Source of the DNA: a virus
Taxonomy: Duplodnaviria; Caudoviricetes
Strand: one strand, 5' to 3'
Length of the DNA: 54,292 bases
Virus record (IMG/VR): IMGVR_UViG_3300007517_000008
Coordinates: 1 to 54,292 of that record
Shown: piece by piece, positions 17,312 to 28,900 of the stretch
Numbering within the stretch: position 1 is the first letter of the stretch
Layout of the letters: each line of letters starts with the position of its first letter
Program-made: the position numbers and the translations under genes
Notes under the pieces: model-generated
Told to the model about the DNA's origin: nothing
The model's database searches: none
What the model saw: only the letters and a program-made list of their open reading frames with translations

Positions 17312-17656
17312 TCAGAGAGGCCAAATTTTCTTTGTTAGGGTTAAAAATCTCTCTGCTGTCATATTCTTTGCATTAAGCTTGTTGATAACCGAATCAATCG
17401 TTGCTGAAGGGTTGTTAATCTCGTCCTGGAATGCCTTAGACGCCGCTAAAGCTTCTGCAATAGCTCTGAGTTCCTCTGGTGTACCTCTGACCTTTAAAAA
17501 GGCTCCTGATGAGTTTTTGCCAGCTAGGTAAGCAGCCATGGCAGCAAAGAAAATCTTTCCTGTTGTGGATAAAGAACTAACACCCTCACTTAGGTTAGAA
17601 AGTGAAGGCTTAGAATCTTGGGGTTTTGCCTTTTTAGACGAATTTTCTTTTTCCAT
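17312..17656 (-). CDS. Hypothetical protein
   Basis: 114-aa ORF filling the gap, divergent from the tape measure gene. Confidence 0.7.
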   Translation of the reverse strand: MEKENSSKKAKPQDSKPSLSNLSEGVSSLSTTGKIFFAAMAAYLAGKNSSGAFLKVRGTPEELRAIAEALAASKAFQDEINNPSATIDSVINKLNAKNMTAERFLTLTKKIWPL

Positions 17657-17730
17657 TTTTAGCTTCGTTTCTTAATGTACTGAGTAATTATTACAGCGCG
17701 AACTTTACACAGTTCATAAATAGGTAAAAT

Positions 17731-20700
17731 GTGGCTATAGACAATCTAAAAATTGCCGAATCGATAAAAAAACTCCAAGAGAGCATTCTTGGCATTCTTG
17801 AATCGCAGGCAAGGTCACAGAAAAATCAGCTAGAAATATCTAAACAGCTTGCAGAAAGTATTGCAAGTGTCGCGACTAATTCTGGAAATGCTACAGATAA
17901 TTTACAAAAAACTCAAGAAAGTATCGAAAGAGCGGCTGAGGCTGCCGAGAAGCTTGGTGGCTCTAAAACTATGGACATGTTTGCCGGTAGCACCAAAAAA
18001 GCTGGAACGGGCGCTCAGTCGTTAAGAAAAAGTCTTGGTTCTGTTGCCAAAACAATGCCTGCCTTCGGAAAATTTGCAGGCATGTGGGAGGGCTTTGCCT
18101 CTGGCGTAGTTGCTTCTGCTAATGCATTCAGATTATTTGGCAGTATGGCTGGGGATGTTTTAGGCGTTTTAGCCCAAGTGGCAGTTGGTATTATTTCTTT
18201 TCCATTTAAGTTGTTATCTGGAATAATTGACTTTGCCTCAAAAGGTGGAGGAGACTCTGGCTTAAGGCAAGCTCTCGAAGATATTAGAAAAGAATTCGGT
18301 TCTCTCAAAACTACTTCAGGTGGCGCCATCGTAACTATTGCAAGAAGCATGAAAGGGGAACTTGCAAACACAGGTTTATCTGCTTGGAGAGTTTTTGGAA
18401 ACTTAGCTGAGAGACTCAAGGCTGTTGCAGAATATGCAAAAAACTTAGGGCCACTATTTGGAGTATTGTCTGCGCAATTTGTTAAAAATGGAGAAGCTCT
18501 TGGTGCTTACTTTAAGGGTCTAGGTTTGACAGAAACGGGCCAAAAGGCTGTTGCGAGTAGGTCACATGCCCTTGGTCAAGAAGTCACAGAAGTCACTAGA
18601 CAGATGACGAATTTTTCTATACAACTTGGAGCAGAGTTTGGCTTGAGTGCAAAGGAAATTTCTCGTGACATGGGAGACATGATGGGAGACTTTGAAAACT
18701 TTGGAGGAATGGCTCCACAGGTTCTTGCCCAAGTTTCCGTTTATGCTCGTCGTTTGGGTGTTGACATTAAAGGTCTTTTGGGAGTTATTGGTCAATTTGA
18801 TAATTTTGAAACAGCAGCAACTTCGGCAGCACAACTAACGCAGGCTTTTGGTATTCAGGTTGACGCTCTTGAAATGTTGAAGGAGCAAGATCCAGCAGCA
18901 AGAACAGAACGTTTAAGAAAAGCCTTCTTTGCCGCAGGCAGGTCTGTTGAAGGAATGAACCGCCAGGAACGTGCACTCCTTGCTACGCAAACAGGATTGG
19001 AGGCAAGTACGCTTGATTTAGTTTTCTCTTCAAAAAATCAAGGATTGTCCTACGACCAAGTTAAGAAAAAGTCGGATGGCGCTCGAAAGTCACAACTGAC
19101 CCAAGAAGAAGCTATTTCTAAACTTTCAGATGCTATTGAAAGAATGGTAAAGTCTGGTTCCGGTCCAAGCGGAGGATTCTTTGAAAGATTTTTCCAAGGA
19201 TTTGAGAAGGGTATAACAAGGTCTCAAGACTTCCGGCTACTAATGATAAATATCAGGATGGCCTTGCGGCAAACTTATAGAGCTGGTATTGAAGTCGGTA
19301 GAATGTTTGTTAGTATGTTTCCTGGAATTGAGGGAATAACTAAGGGTTTAGCAGGTCTTTTTGATCGAGAGAAATTCAAAAAGATGACTGGTTCACTTAA
19401 GAATATTTTTCAGACTTTCTTCCAAAGCCTTACAGGGAACAACTCCAAGGCATCTTTCCATAATTTTATGGAAAATCTTAAGACTATGTTTTGGAACTAT
19501 TTTGATAGTTCTTCCGCCGAAGGTCGAGGAATCTTGGACGGTATAAAAAGCTTCTCTAAGGCTGCTTCTGTTATTATCGCCGGAATGATTGGAGAAATTG
19601 CCAAGGGACTTACTACAGGTATTTCTTTCATTACCGAGGTACTATCAGGACGTACAAAACTTGGGATAGGTTCAGCAGATGGACCTATGGGATTTATAGG
19701 AGAGCTTTTAGGGCCAATTGTTGATTCTATCAAAGAAGCTTGGCCACCAGTTGTAGCCGCATTAACGAAACTTTTTGAAGAAGAAATATGGCCCAAAGTA
19801 AGAGATTTTCTTTGGGATAACGCAGGCACGATTGGTACATTGCTGTTTGGACCTGGACTTCTTAAGGCTATTTTTGGAGGTTTGACTGGGGGTATAGCGG
19901 GAATTGGAACAACGGCTGCAATAGAAGGCACTAAAGCTATATTTTCTTCGGATGGCGTAAAAGGAGCCATGAAGACTGGAATGGAACGTCTTATTGGTTC
20001 TGCAACAAGTGCTGGAACTGCGGCTGCTACACAAACCGCTGCTGCTACGGCTGGCTTAGGAACGGCGTCTAAGGCTGCTTCTGCGGCTGCTGACGTGTCT
20101 TCAATGATTAAAACAGCCGCAGTTATAACTGTTGGTGTTGGCGCTATAATGTTGGCGATTTTTGTTCTTGCTGAACTCATGAGGGCGAGAGACTTGACGC
20201 CAGAACAAATGTTTACTGCTGCTGGCGTTATGGCTATAGCCGGTTTGGTTGTAATGGAAATTTCTGCTTCAATAGCCATTATGAGCTTAGCAGGTCAAGT
20301 TCTACAAGGCACAATTCTACAAGCTCTTGCGGGTCTTGCTGCTATAGGTCTTGTTGGCGCTGGTATGGTTTATGGAATAGGTTATTTGGTGGAGACGCTA
20401 AAAGACTATCAACCAGCGCAAGTAAATAATGCTCTTAATGCCATGGTTGCTGGTTCTGCATTTATTCTAGCAGCAACGGGCGTTGTTATTGGAGCAATGG
20501 GAATCGGAGCACTTTTGATTGGTACTGGCGGGACAGGAGTTCTTGCCTTGGCTGCTGGTTTGGCTACAGTTGGTCTTGTGATAGAGTTAATGGTAGTAGA
20601 GATTGAAAATATTATTGATCAGGTAGGTTCTTTTAGTATTCCAAGTAATTTTGATAGAAACTTTCAAATATTCACAGACGTAATGGAGTCCGTTGGAACC

Positions 20701-22269
20701 TTCGGTAGTATGATAGCAACAATTGCGCAAAGTTCTTCGAACTCTTCTCTTGCTGGTTGGATTACAGGTTCAGGAGCAGACGATCAAATTAGAACACTTG
20801 AAAACCTTAGAGGCTTTATGACCGACATGGCATCAACTCTCAAGGGAATTGTTTCGGATATTCTTTCACAGGTTGGTTCTTTAAATGCTGCGCCAGCAGA
20901 ACTTCGAAAGGCAGAACTTTTCTCAACGATTATGGGTGCTTTGGCAGAGGCAGCGCACAATTTTGTGCCACCAGATAGCTTTATGAGAGAAACTACTATT
21001 TTGGAAGGTTTCCAAGGGCAAAGCATTGGTTCAAGACTTACTCAACTTGGAAGTTTTATTACCACAGTAACGTCAGCACTTTCCGAAACTTTAAAAACTA
21101 TTGTATCGCAATTTGTCGTGATAGCTGCTACTGCGGGTGTAACGCCAGAAACCAAGGCTGCATTTGAAATCGTTGGTGATATCCTATCAATGCTTGGTCA
21201 GCTTGCAAACAACTTAATGAGAGTTGTTAACACTCAATACAGTGGCAGCACTATTGAACAACTCAAAGAGCGCCTTCCTGCGATAACCGAAATGGTTGGC
21301 CAGATGATGAACTCTTTGTTCGGAGAGGGTTCGGCTGGCTTAATCTCTACTATTGGTAGAGTTATGACAATGATGACTTCTGGATTATCCAATATGACCT
21401 CTGCCGACGTTAATAAACTTAAAACGGTTGGTCCAGTTTTAAGTAATGTATTTTCCGCTATTGCAACAATTGGCGGTGCTGTGGCTGAAGTAGCAGGTAT
21501 GATTAATGGAATGCCTGCTGAATCTCGTGCGGGCGCTCTTGGTACGGTAAATGCTATAATCGGCACTATGATGGGCGGCATTGGTACACTTATTGGCACA
21601 ACCATGGTGCAAGTTAGAACTGTATTTGCTGGAATGTCAGGTCAAGACAGAACAAACATCACGTCTGGTGTCAATGCCTTTAAGGCAGTCCTAGAGGCCA
21701 TTTCAGTATTGCCAGCTACAATAAAAGGTCTACAAGATGTTTTCAAAAATGAAGAAGGAAACATGGACTATACAGCAATGAGAACGAGTTTTGGAAATAT
21801 GCTCTCATTGTTTGAAGGTGGTGGTGGAGAAACAGGCATTGTGCAATTTGTTAAAGGAGTTGGACAATCTCTGGGTGGTATTGAAACATCAAGAGACCAA
21901 GTATCAAACATTGCTAAACTAGCAACTAATTTCACGAAAATAAATGACGTTCTTGGTTATGTTAAATCAATGACAGATAACGTTCGTTTAATTGAGGGAG
22001 AAAACATGGCTAGTGTTCGAGGAGCTATTACCGACATGGTGACTTCAGTTAACGGCATTTCTGCTGATCTTAATCGCGTACAAGGTTCTGACATAACCAC
22101 AAAACTTCATGGCCTTGCAGGTAATTTGGGCCTTGGGTCAACAGATGAATTTACAATCAACAACAGAAACTTCGACATTAAAGTTAAAATCAAAGTTCAA
22201 ATTGATGCGGCGGAACTTGAAAGAGTTCTTGTTACCAGAGAAGGAAACACTTTTCAGCACAATCCTTAA
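17731..22269 (+). CDS. Tape measure protein
   Basis: 1512 aa, Ala/Gly-rich and helical with a central hydrophobic region. Located between the chaperone and baseplate genes. Confidence 0.85.
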   Translation: MAIDNLKIAESIKKLQESILGILESQARSQKNQLEISKQLAESIASVATNSGNATDNLQKTQESIERAAEAAEKLGGSKTMDMFAGSTKKAGTGAQSLRKSLGSVAKTMPAFGKFAGMWEGFASGVVASANAFRLFGSMAGDVLGVLAQVAVGIISFPFKLLSGIIDFASKGGGDSGLRQALEDIRKEFGSLKTTSGGAIVTIARSMKGELANTGLSAWRVFGNLAERLKAVAEYAKNLGPLFGVLSAQFVKNGEALGAYFKGLGLTETGQKAVASRSHALGQEVTEVTRQMTNFSIQLGAEFGLSAKEISRDMGDMMGDFENFGGMAPQVLAQVSVYARRLGVDIKGLLGVIGQFDNFETAATSAAQLTQAFGIQVDALEMLKEQDPAARTERLRKAFFAAGRSVEGMNRQERALLATQTGLEASTLDLVFSSKNQGLSYDQVKKKSDGARKSQLTQEEAISKLSDAIERMVKSGSGPSGGFFERFFQGFEKGITRSQDFRLLMINIRMALRQTYRAGIEVGRMFVSMFPGIEGITKGLAGLFDREKFKKMTGSLKNIFQTFFQSLTGNNSKASFHNFMENLKTMFWNYFDSSSAEGRGILDGIKSFSKAASVIIAGMIGEIAKGLTTGISFITEVLSGRTKLGIGSADGPMGFIGELLGPIVDSIKEAWPPVVAALTKLFEEEIWPKVRDFLWDNAGTIGTLLFGPGLLKAIFGGLTGGIAGIGTTAAIEGTKAIFSSDGVKGAMKTGMERLIGSATSAGTAAATQTAAATAGLGTASKAASAAADVSSMIKTAAVITVGVGAIMLAIFVLAELMRARDLTPEQMFTAAGVMAIAGLVVMEISASIAIMSLAGQVLQGTILQALAGLAAIGLVGAGMVYGIGYLVETLKDYQPAQVNNALNAMVAGSAFILAATGVVIGAMGIGALLIGTGGTGVLALAAGLATVGLVIELMVVEIENIIDQVGSFSIPSNFDRNFQIFTDVMESVGTFGSMIATIAQSSSNSSLAGWITGSGADDQIRTLENLRGFMTDMASTLKGIVSDILSQVGSLNAAPAELRKAELFSTIMGALAEAAHNFVPPDSFMRETTILEGFQGQSIGSRLTQLGSFITTVTSALSETLKTIVSQFVVIAATAGVTPETKAAFEIVGDILSMLGQLANNLMRVVNTQYSGSTIEQLKERLPAITEMVGQMMNSLFGEGSAGLISTIGRVMTMMTSGLSNMTSADVNKLKTVGPVLSNVFSAIATIGGAVAEVAGMINGMPAESRAGALGTVNAIIGTMMGGIGTLIGTTMVQVRTVFAGMSGQDRTNITSGVNAFKAVLEAISVLPATIKGLQDVFKNEEGNMDYTAMRTSFGNMLSLFEGGGGETGIVQFVKGVGQSLGGIETSRDQVSNIAKLATNFTKINDVLGYVKSMTDNVRLIEGENMASVRGAITDMVTSVNGISADLNRVQGSDITTKLHGLAGNLGLGSTDEFTINNRNFDIKVKIKVQIDAAELERVLVTREGNTFQHNP

Positions 22270-22294
22270 GATAAAACTAAAAATAAAGATAACA

Positions 22295-22471
22295 ATGTCA
22301 AAAATAAGCGATGAACTCAAAGAAAGTAAACTTTACGAAAAGATTACTGCAAACATGTCAAAAGAAGAAGTTGTAATAATGGAAAAAGCTGTTGCGGATA
22401 TTTCCAAGCTTTTTGAAGAAGAAATACTTGGAAAATTAAAAAAACTGAAACGTGAACCCAAGGATATTTAA
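22295..22471 (+). CDS. Small hypothetical protein
   Basis: MSKISDELKESKLYEKI...KREPKDI (58 aa) fills the gap between the tape measure gene and the next gene. Confidence 0.55.
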   Translation: MSKISDELKESKLYEKITANMSKEEVVIMEKAVADISKLFEEEILGKLKKLKREPKDI

Positions 22472-22479
22472 TATCCACT

Positions 22480-25400
22480 ATGGCCATTGAAGACTCAGAT
22501 CCAAGAAACCCTCCAAGACTAATTCCAGAACTAACAACTTCTGGCGAAGGAAACACTTCGGTTATAGGAGTGGACGATTTGGTTCCAAGAGAGAAACGTC
22601 GTCTTGGGGACTATGCTTCTTATATTACTAAAGTTGTTTTTAAAAACGAATATCCCGTGGCTCCCGGTTCGACCGGACTTACCTTAACAACCCCAAATGG
22701 TAATCCCGCTCCAATTTCCGACTCAACAAACTTTGCTGAAAAAACCTACCTCAATACTTTTGATGGTTCTGAGTCTGGCCAGCGTGCAAGGTCTTTGTTT
22801 GAGCAAACATCAGAATCCGGCTTACTTGATACAGACACAAAGTTTGAAATTAAAAAAGGTAAGTCGGACGATGAAAAGCGTACAGGTACAGAAATTTTTA
22901 GAGAAATTGACGTACTGAGAGGTCAAGCTGAAGTTCCTAGACGTGTAGAAGAAGTTCTTGAAAAGAATAATAGATTCTCTGAAAGAAAACCTGCATACAG
23001 GAGTGGCCAATTTGAAGGAGTAGAAAATTCTCTTGGTTCTTTAATAATACAACCAGAGTTGGGGCAGCACCTACCTGGAAAATTCCCAGGTAAAAAGTCA
23101 GGTGATGGTTCAGACTTCACAACTATTTCTTTTGAAAAACTAAAGCATTTTGGTATGATGACAATGCTAAATGCCAGCGGTGAAGCAAACATACCTATTC
23201 CTGACGAAGATGACAACAACTACCTTGAAATTCTTGGTAGAAACGTTTCAACTGCTATACCTGGTATCGCACGTCTTGGAAAAAGAGTAGAAGTGACAAG
23301 GTTTGATGGAGTGAAGATTTTAAATCAAATCGAACCAACCTTCAAGAAGGACATTAGAGACGCTACTTTGCAAGGAAGGACCATTCTATCCTATGGTAAC
23401 GTAAACTCCGCTCTTGCGCCATTTATGGGCTTAGTAGGGGCTGCTTCAATCAACTCGGCGGCTGTATTGGGGCTCACTGTGTCCGCAATGCTTCGAGCTT
23501 TAGCAGCAACGGTTAATTTTCAACCTGGAGATGTACAGAGTTCTGTTATGGGGCCTCAAGAGAGCGCTTCAATTTCTCTCGATAGAACACTAAGGCTTGG
23601 CCACTTTGAAAGAAATTATAGACCACAAAACGAAAATTCCGGTCTTAATATAGTATCCACAAGTTATCCTTATTTTGACTGCGTTGAGAGAGGAATTGAA
23701 CTTTTCTTTATTGGTCAAATTAATCGAGGTGACCTTGGTTCGACAACAAATCAAATTCAACATCTTCATGGCTACTACAATGTAATTTTCAGAAATCTTA
23801 CCAGAAATACTTCTGACTTGATTTTGGGTCTTATTGGACAGTTCAATGTTGGTTCTACCGACTTTGGTAAATCGGCTTATGACGTAGACCCAAATTTTGG
23901 TGGAACAGACAACGTAATCACTGACCTTGCTGAAACAGCGCTTGGAATTATTAAAATTGTAAATTCGTCCAAACTTTTGAAGTTCATGAATATTCTTGCA
24001 GTCATGGGAGAAATTTCTTATGCTTCTGACACAGAAAACAATACAGTTGATGGAATTTCCGATGATAGTCTTCTTGTTGTGGGGTCAGGTGACTTTGCTG
24101 GAGTTGTCACACCTAAAATTAGTGTTCTTCACGCTAAGTCAAGACTTACCGATCAGTTCGGAGGAAAGTTAGCTTGGGGTAAATCTACTGTTAAATCAAT
24201 GTATCTTCTACCAAGTACCTTACTTAAGGGTGGTTTAGATTATGATGCGCATGACAATAGGTTTGCTGGCCTAGGTGCAGGTGTTAAAGGTTTTCAATTA
24301 GGTAGCAACAGATTAGAAGCAGAACAAGTTAAAGCAATGGAAACTTATCTTGAAGCTGACTATATGCCTTTTTATTTTCATGACCTTAGAACAAATGAAA
24401 TTTGTTCTTTCCACGCATTTCTTGAAAATGTGTCAGACCAGTATTCTGTTGATTATTCGGAAAATGAAGGTTATGGAAGAATTGGAAAAGTTTATACGTA
24501 CAAAAACACAAACAGAACTATCGATCTATCTTTCATGGTTGTAGCAACTAACGAAGATGACTTTGATGAAATGTGGATTGGTATTAATAAATTAATAACG
24601 CTTCTTTATCCTCAATATACCAGCGGACGCGCAATTGCAACAGGAAATAATTCATTTATTCAACCATTTTCCCAAGTAATAGCAGCAAGCCCAATGATTA
24701 GACTTCGCCTTGGAGATATTTTCAAGAGTAACTATAATAAATTTAACCTTGCAAGAATCTTTGGAATTGGGTCGCCAGACTTTCGTTTAGAAAGCGAACA
24801 AGAAAATAGCGAAACCCAGGCAAATTTGGTTAGAGAGGCAAATCGAGTTAATCAAATAATGCAAGCAAATCGTAGATCGCAAATAAATGGCATTTGGGCA
24901 GCAGATGATTTTGCTTACCTAAGACCTAATTTTGGAGGTTCAATTAGAGGTCAACAAAATAATTATGAAAAAGTTGAACCTATTGGTCAACCTGCGAGAG
25001 GTCTTCGTCAAGCAAATGCGACAGGTAGATTCTTGCACATAACAACACCAACGAAAATTAAAATTGTGAATCCGAATGGTAATATTCGTGCTGGTAGACG
25101 CGGTATTACGCACCCCGTTACTTTTGAACTAGTAAATCCTCTTAATGACACTCAGAGCGGACTTCATACCTGCGACAGAGAAGCTTTGTCGCCAGATGAT
25201 GCTAGTTTGTTAAGAGCAGCACAAGAGCAAGTTAGACAAAATTCTTCACCTACACCAGAACGTACAGACGAAATTAGCCAACAAGCAATAAATACTTTCT
25301 TTGACGAAAACACAAATCCTGTATTTAAGAGCTTTGAAAGCGTCAGAGGTAAAGGTCTAGCTGGATTTATCAAAACGTTTAACATGGAAATTGACAACAA

Positions 25401-25650
25401 ATTCCCTTGGGAAACCGTTGGAATAAACAACCGCGCCCCAAAGATGGTTAAAATTACAATGCAGTTCCTACCAGTACATGACCTTCAGCCTGGTATTGAC
25501 TCGAATGGTTTCAATACAGCGCCTATTTATAATGTCGGTAAAACAAATCGTAAAATTAATTCTGATACTGCTTCTTCTGATGTACTTGATACTGAAGAAA
25601 GAAAATATTTCTCAGATACATTTCTGGATAGGTCAAGGTCAAGTTCATGA
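22480..25650 (+). CDS. Baseplate protein with tail-tube-initiator-like C-terminal domain
   Basis: 'PFYFHDLR...FHAFLENVSDQY...GYGR...YTYKNTNRTIDLSF...PMIRLRLGD...GFIKTF...PWE...PKMVKITMQFLPVHD' resembles tube-initiator (gp48/gp54-like) domains. Confidence 0.65.
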   Translation: MAIEDSDPRNPPRLIPELTTSGEGNTSVIGVDDLVPREKRRLGDYASYITKVVFKNEYPVAPGSTGLTLTTPNGNPAPISDSTNFAEKTYLNTFDGSESGQRARSLFEQTSESGLLDTDTKFEIKKGKSDDEKRTGTEIFREIDVLRGQAEVPRRVEEVLEKNNRFSERKPAYRSGQFEGVENSLGSLIIQPELGQHLPGKFPGKKSGDGSDFTTISFEKLKHFGMMTMLNASGEANIPIPDEDDNNYLEILGRNVSTAIPGIARLGKRVEVTRFDGVKILNQIEPTFKKDIRDATLQGRTILSYGNVNSALAPFMGLVGAASINSAAVLGLTVSAMLRALAATVNFQPGDVQSSVMGPQESASISLDRTLRLGHFERNYRPQNENSGLNIVSTSYPYFDCVERGIELFFIGQINRGDLGSTTNQIQHLHGYYNVIFRNLTRNTSDLILGLIGQFNVGSTDFGKSAYDVDPNFGGTDNVITDLAETALGIIKIVNSSKLLKFMNILAVMGEISYASDTENNTVDGISDDSLLVVGSGDFAGVVTPKISVLHAKSRLTDQFGGKLAWGKSTVKSMYLLPSTLLKGGLDYDAHDNRFAGLGAGVKGFQLGSNRLEAEQVKAMETYLEADYMPFYFHDLRTNEICSFHAFLENVSDQYSVDYSENEGYGRIGKVYTYKNTNRTIDLSFMVVATNEDDFDEMWIGINKLITLLYPQYTSGRAIATGNNSFIQPFSQVIAASPMIRLRLGDIFKSNYNKFNLARIFGIGSPDFRLESEQENSETQANLVREANRVNQIMQANRRSQINGIWAADDFAYLRPNFGGSIRGQQNNYEKVEPIGQPARGLRQANATGRFLHITTPTKIKIVNPNGNIRAGRRGITHPVTFELVNPLNDTQSGLHTCDREALSPDDASLLRAAQEQVRQNSSPTPERTDEISQQAINTFFDENTNPVFKSFESVRGKGLAGFIKTFNMEIDNKFPWETVGINNRAPKMVKITMQFLPVHDLQPGIDSNGFNTAPIYNVGKTNRKINSDTASSDVLDTEERKYFSDTFLDRSRSSS

Positions 25651-25934
25651 GAAGATATTCGAGAACTCCAGCAATTAATCTTGGATATTCCTATGGAACT
25701 TCCTACATGATTCCTATTATCAGAAATGGAATTGCAAATGGAACAATCCGTTTTGAAGAGACAATTTTGGACGAAGCTGAAAGACTTGACATTATTGCAG
25801 GAAAAGTTTATCAAGATGGTCTTTTGTGGTGGATTATTGCAGCCGCAAGCGATATTGGAAATGCCTTGCAGGTACCACCAGGAACGAGAATAAAAATACC
25901 TAATCTTTCTGACATAGCAAAGTTTGCGAGTTAA
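25647..25934 (+). CDS. LysM-like baseplate wedge protein (gp53/gpX-like)
   Basis: 'ERLDIIAGKVYQDGLLWWIIAAAS...VPPGTRIKIP'. Confidence 0.85.
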   Translation: MRRYSRTPAINLGYSYGTSYMIPIIRNGIANGTIRFEETILDEAERLDIIAGKVYQDGLLWWIIAAASDIGNALQVPPGTRIKIPNLSDIAKFAS

Positions 25935-25937
25935 TTT

Positions 25938-28900
25938 ATGCCAACAACCCAACAAAAACTATCTGAGAGCGTTAACAGACTTTCAAGATATTTTGGCCTT
26001 TATACAGCGAGAGATCTCTCAGGAAGAATTGCTATGGAGCAACTTCAGGGCATCTCTGGGTTGGCCAGCAATGCTACTTTTTCTATTCCTGTTCCAAGCA
26101 TAGAAGTTACAGAATTGGTTGCTAGCGTTATTGACACAACCGAAGGTTCATTCACAGTTAAAGACCTAATACAGCGTTTAAATCAAAACATGACCCAAAC
26201 AGATGAGGAAACTTCAGGGTCAGCAACGGTTATAGAAAGATTTAACAAGTTTATTGAGATCGTTTCACCAGTAAGTCCTGGCATTACGGGCGCGCCTGCT
26301 GAATCTGACGACCCTGATTCGCCAACTACAGACATGAAGAATGTATATACAAGCGATTTTGTTAATTTGGACCGTAGCAACGCAAACAAAGACTCTTCTC
26401 CACATTTGTCAGTTATTAAAATAAATAATGTCAGAGTCACTCCAGCGGCAAAAAACGCTAATGCAGTTACAATCTTTTTGAATGGTATTCCTTCTGTAGA
26501 AATGTCAAGAGCGGTGCCTTATCTTGACGTCAGACTTATCTTGCCAGGCAGTCCAATTTCTGCTAATCAAACTCTGCAAAATCTTTCTTTATTTAGATTT
26601 CTCGAAGGAAATGTTAGAATTGATGATAATCCAAGTTCCAATCGTTCTATTATGGCCCTGGCAAACAAAGTTATTTCTACAGACTCCTTGTATGGTGTAG
26701 ATGCAACTCCAGAAAATACAACATTTACACAAACTGGAATGGAAATTTTTACATCTCCACAAACCCTTGTAAATGGTGACGAAGAAAACAATCCTAATAG
26801 AGTAAATCCTATCTTGGATAAATTTCAACCCTTGATGACCATTAAAGACTTTTTGGTTGAAATTCGTCCCTCCACTGGCTTGATGTGTTTTAAAACTGCC
26901 ACATTAAACTTCACACTTCATGACAGGTCAAGACTTGCTGAGATTACTGACCTAATCCGTCCAGACCTTTATGCAAGAACTGAACTTCTTATAGAATATG
27001 GTTGGATTCACCCAGAATCCAACTCAACTACGTCATCTGTAACAAACCCTTACGCTGAACTTATTGGTGCCATGCGTGCAAGAGAGAAATATGGTATTAT
27101 TAATTCTTCTCTTACTTTTGATGACGCCGGACAGGTGAACGTAACGCTCAGTCTCGCTATGCGTGGTGGCTCTGACGTTTCATCAGAAGTTATCTCTACA
27201 GACGAAAATGGAGGCGTTAACAATATTCTTGGGCGCATTAGAGAAATTTCCGAGGCTATTGGAGCCTATAGAAGAAGAATTTTTGGTAGAGAACAAGGAC
27301 CTTCTTCTGTCGAAGTCAGAGGAATCCAAATTCTTGATGCTGCCGAGGATGCAAGAAGTAATTTAATTCTTAACGAGGAACTTAGAAATAACCTTAGAAC
27401 CTTCCAGAGAACTTTAGCTCAACGTGGCAGAGGACCAAACGCAGCAGACCCGACCGCAGCAGCAAGAAATTTGTCGGAAAGCTTAAGCAGCCTTTATTCT
27501 AGCGCTGCTCCTGAAAATGGCACTACGTCAAGAAGAGGTTCTGGTAGTACAAACGGTGGTGGACTTGTTGGAAGTTTGAGAAGAACAGTTCAGCAAAACA
27601 TTATAACAAAAATGGCACGTTTGGCTAGTGGTAAAGATCCATTCAAGAAGCGTGATGCATTGACGGGTCATCCACACCGCGCAGCCCTAGAAAATGGTAC
27701 TGGCGGTGCTCAACGTCGTGACTCAAGAGGTCGCGCAGATCCAAGGTCGGCAGCAGAAATAGATACAGAACTAGGGGATGTTCCAAATACGGTATCGCTA
27801 GCAAAGCTTTTATTGTTGTTTATTGGGGAACCTCTTGCGATGACGAGAAAGTTTGATGACATTCAGTTTGTTTATTATCCATTCAACTCTGGTGCAGGCT
27901 ATGCAAGAAATCTTAATATAGGATCGTTTGAAGTTGACACAAGATATTTTTACGAAAACTATAAACGTCTCAGACTGGAGTCGCTAAGTCGCTCTGCGAA
28001 TATCAACCTTAGAGACTTCATGAACTTTGTTGCTACGACTTTAATTGACGATCATGCCGCAAGGTCATATGGTTTGTTTGTACCAGGCGGACTTTTTAGA
28101 AGAGTTTCTGTTGACGGAGGCGGTTCTACAACTCAAGCAACAGAAGATGCAGTTCAACTTCAAAGCCGTATTGAAACTATTCTTGCAAACGTCACGCCCG
28201 ATGCTTCTTTCAGAATGCCGCAAATCGACTTTTATATAGAAGCTCTTCCACAAAGAATTCAAGTGGAAGGTGAAGAAAATCAATCTGGAGATGGCAAGAC
28301 AATTCTTAGAATCCACGTTTTTGATAAACAAATGACCTCATACGAAACGCAGGGCGCCTTGATTGCAGCCTCAAGAGAAGAAGAAATTAACAACATTACC
28401 TCAATTCCTCACATTGAGGGTGGCGACGTGGGCGTTGTTGAGTCGCAGGTAGCAGAATATAATGCTGTTAAGCAAGCAGCGGTGGATGCAGGATTTTTAG
28501 AACAAATCGGGGAGACCCAAGTGTTTAGAATTCGTGGCGGGACAAACGTTTTGAAAGAGTTTATTAGAAGAACTATGCCTTATGTGATTTATGGTTCTTC
28601 TGGGACAACGATAAAACAGTCTACGTTGTCTTCGAACCAAGATCCAGCGCTCAGCACTGTAAATATGCTTCGATCATTTCAATCAAATGGTGCTGAACCC
28701 AACGGCGAGTCACCAGGAGGTCTTCCGGTACAAATTATTCCTTGCGTGCTTACAATGACAACTTACGGATGTCCTCTCGTTGACTATGCTCAACAATTCT
28801 TTATTGACTTTCAGACAGGGACTTCAGTTGATAACATTTATGCTGTTACAGGTTTAACTCACAAGATTTCTCCTGGCGAGTTTTCAAGTGAACTAAAGAT

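Noticed and set aside
19497-20279. 260-aa antisense ORF and the many other antisense or nested ORFs in the track
   Set aside because: They shadow confident genes on the other strand or frame, lack motifs, and are expected from codon bias in Ala/Gly-rich genes.
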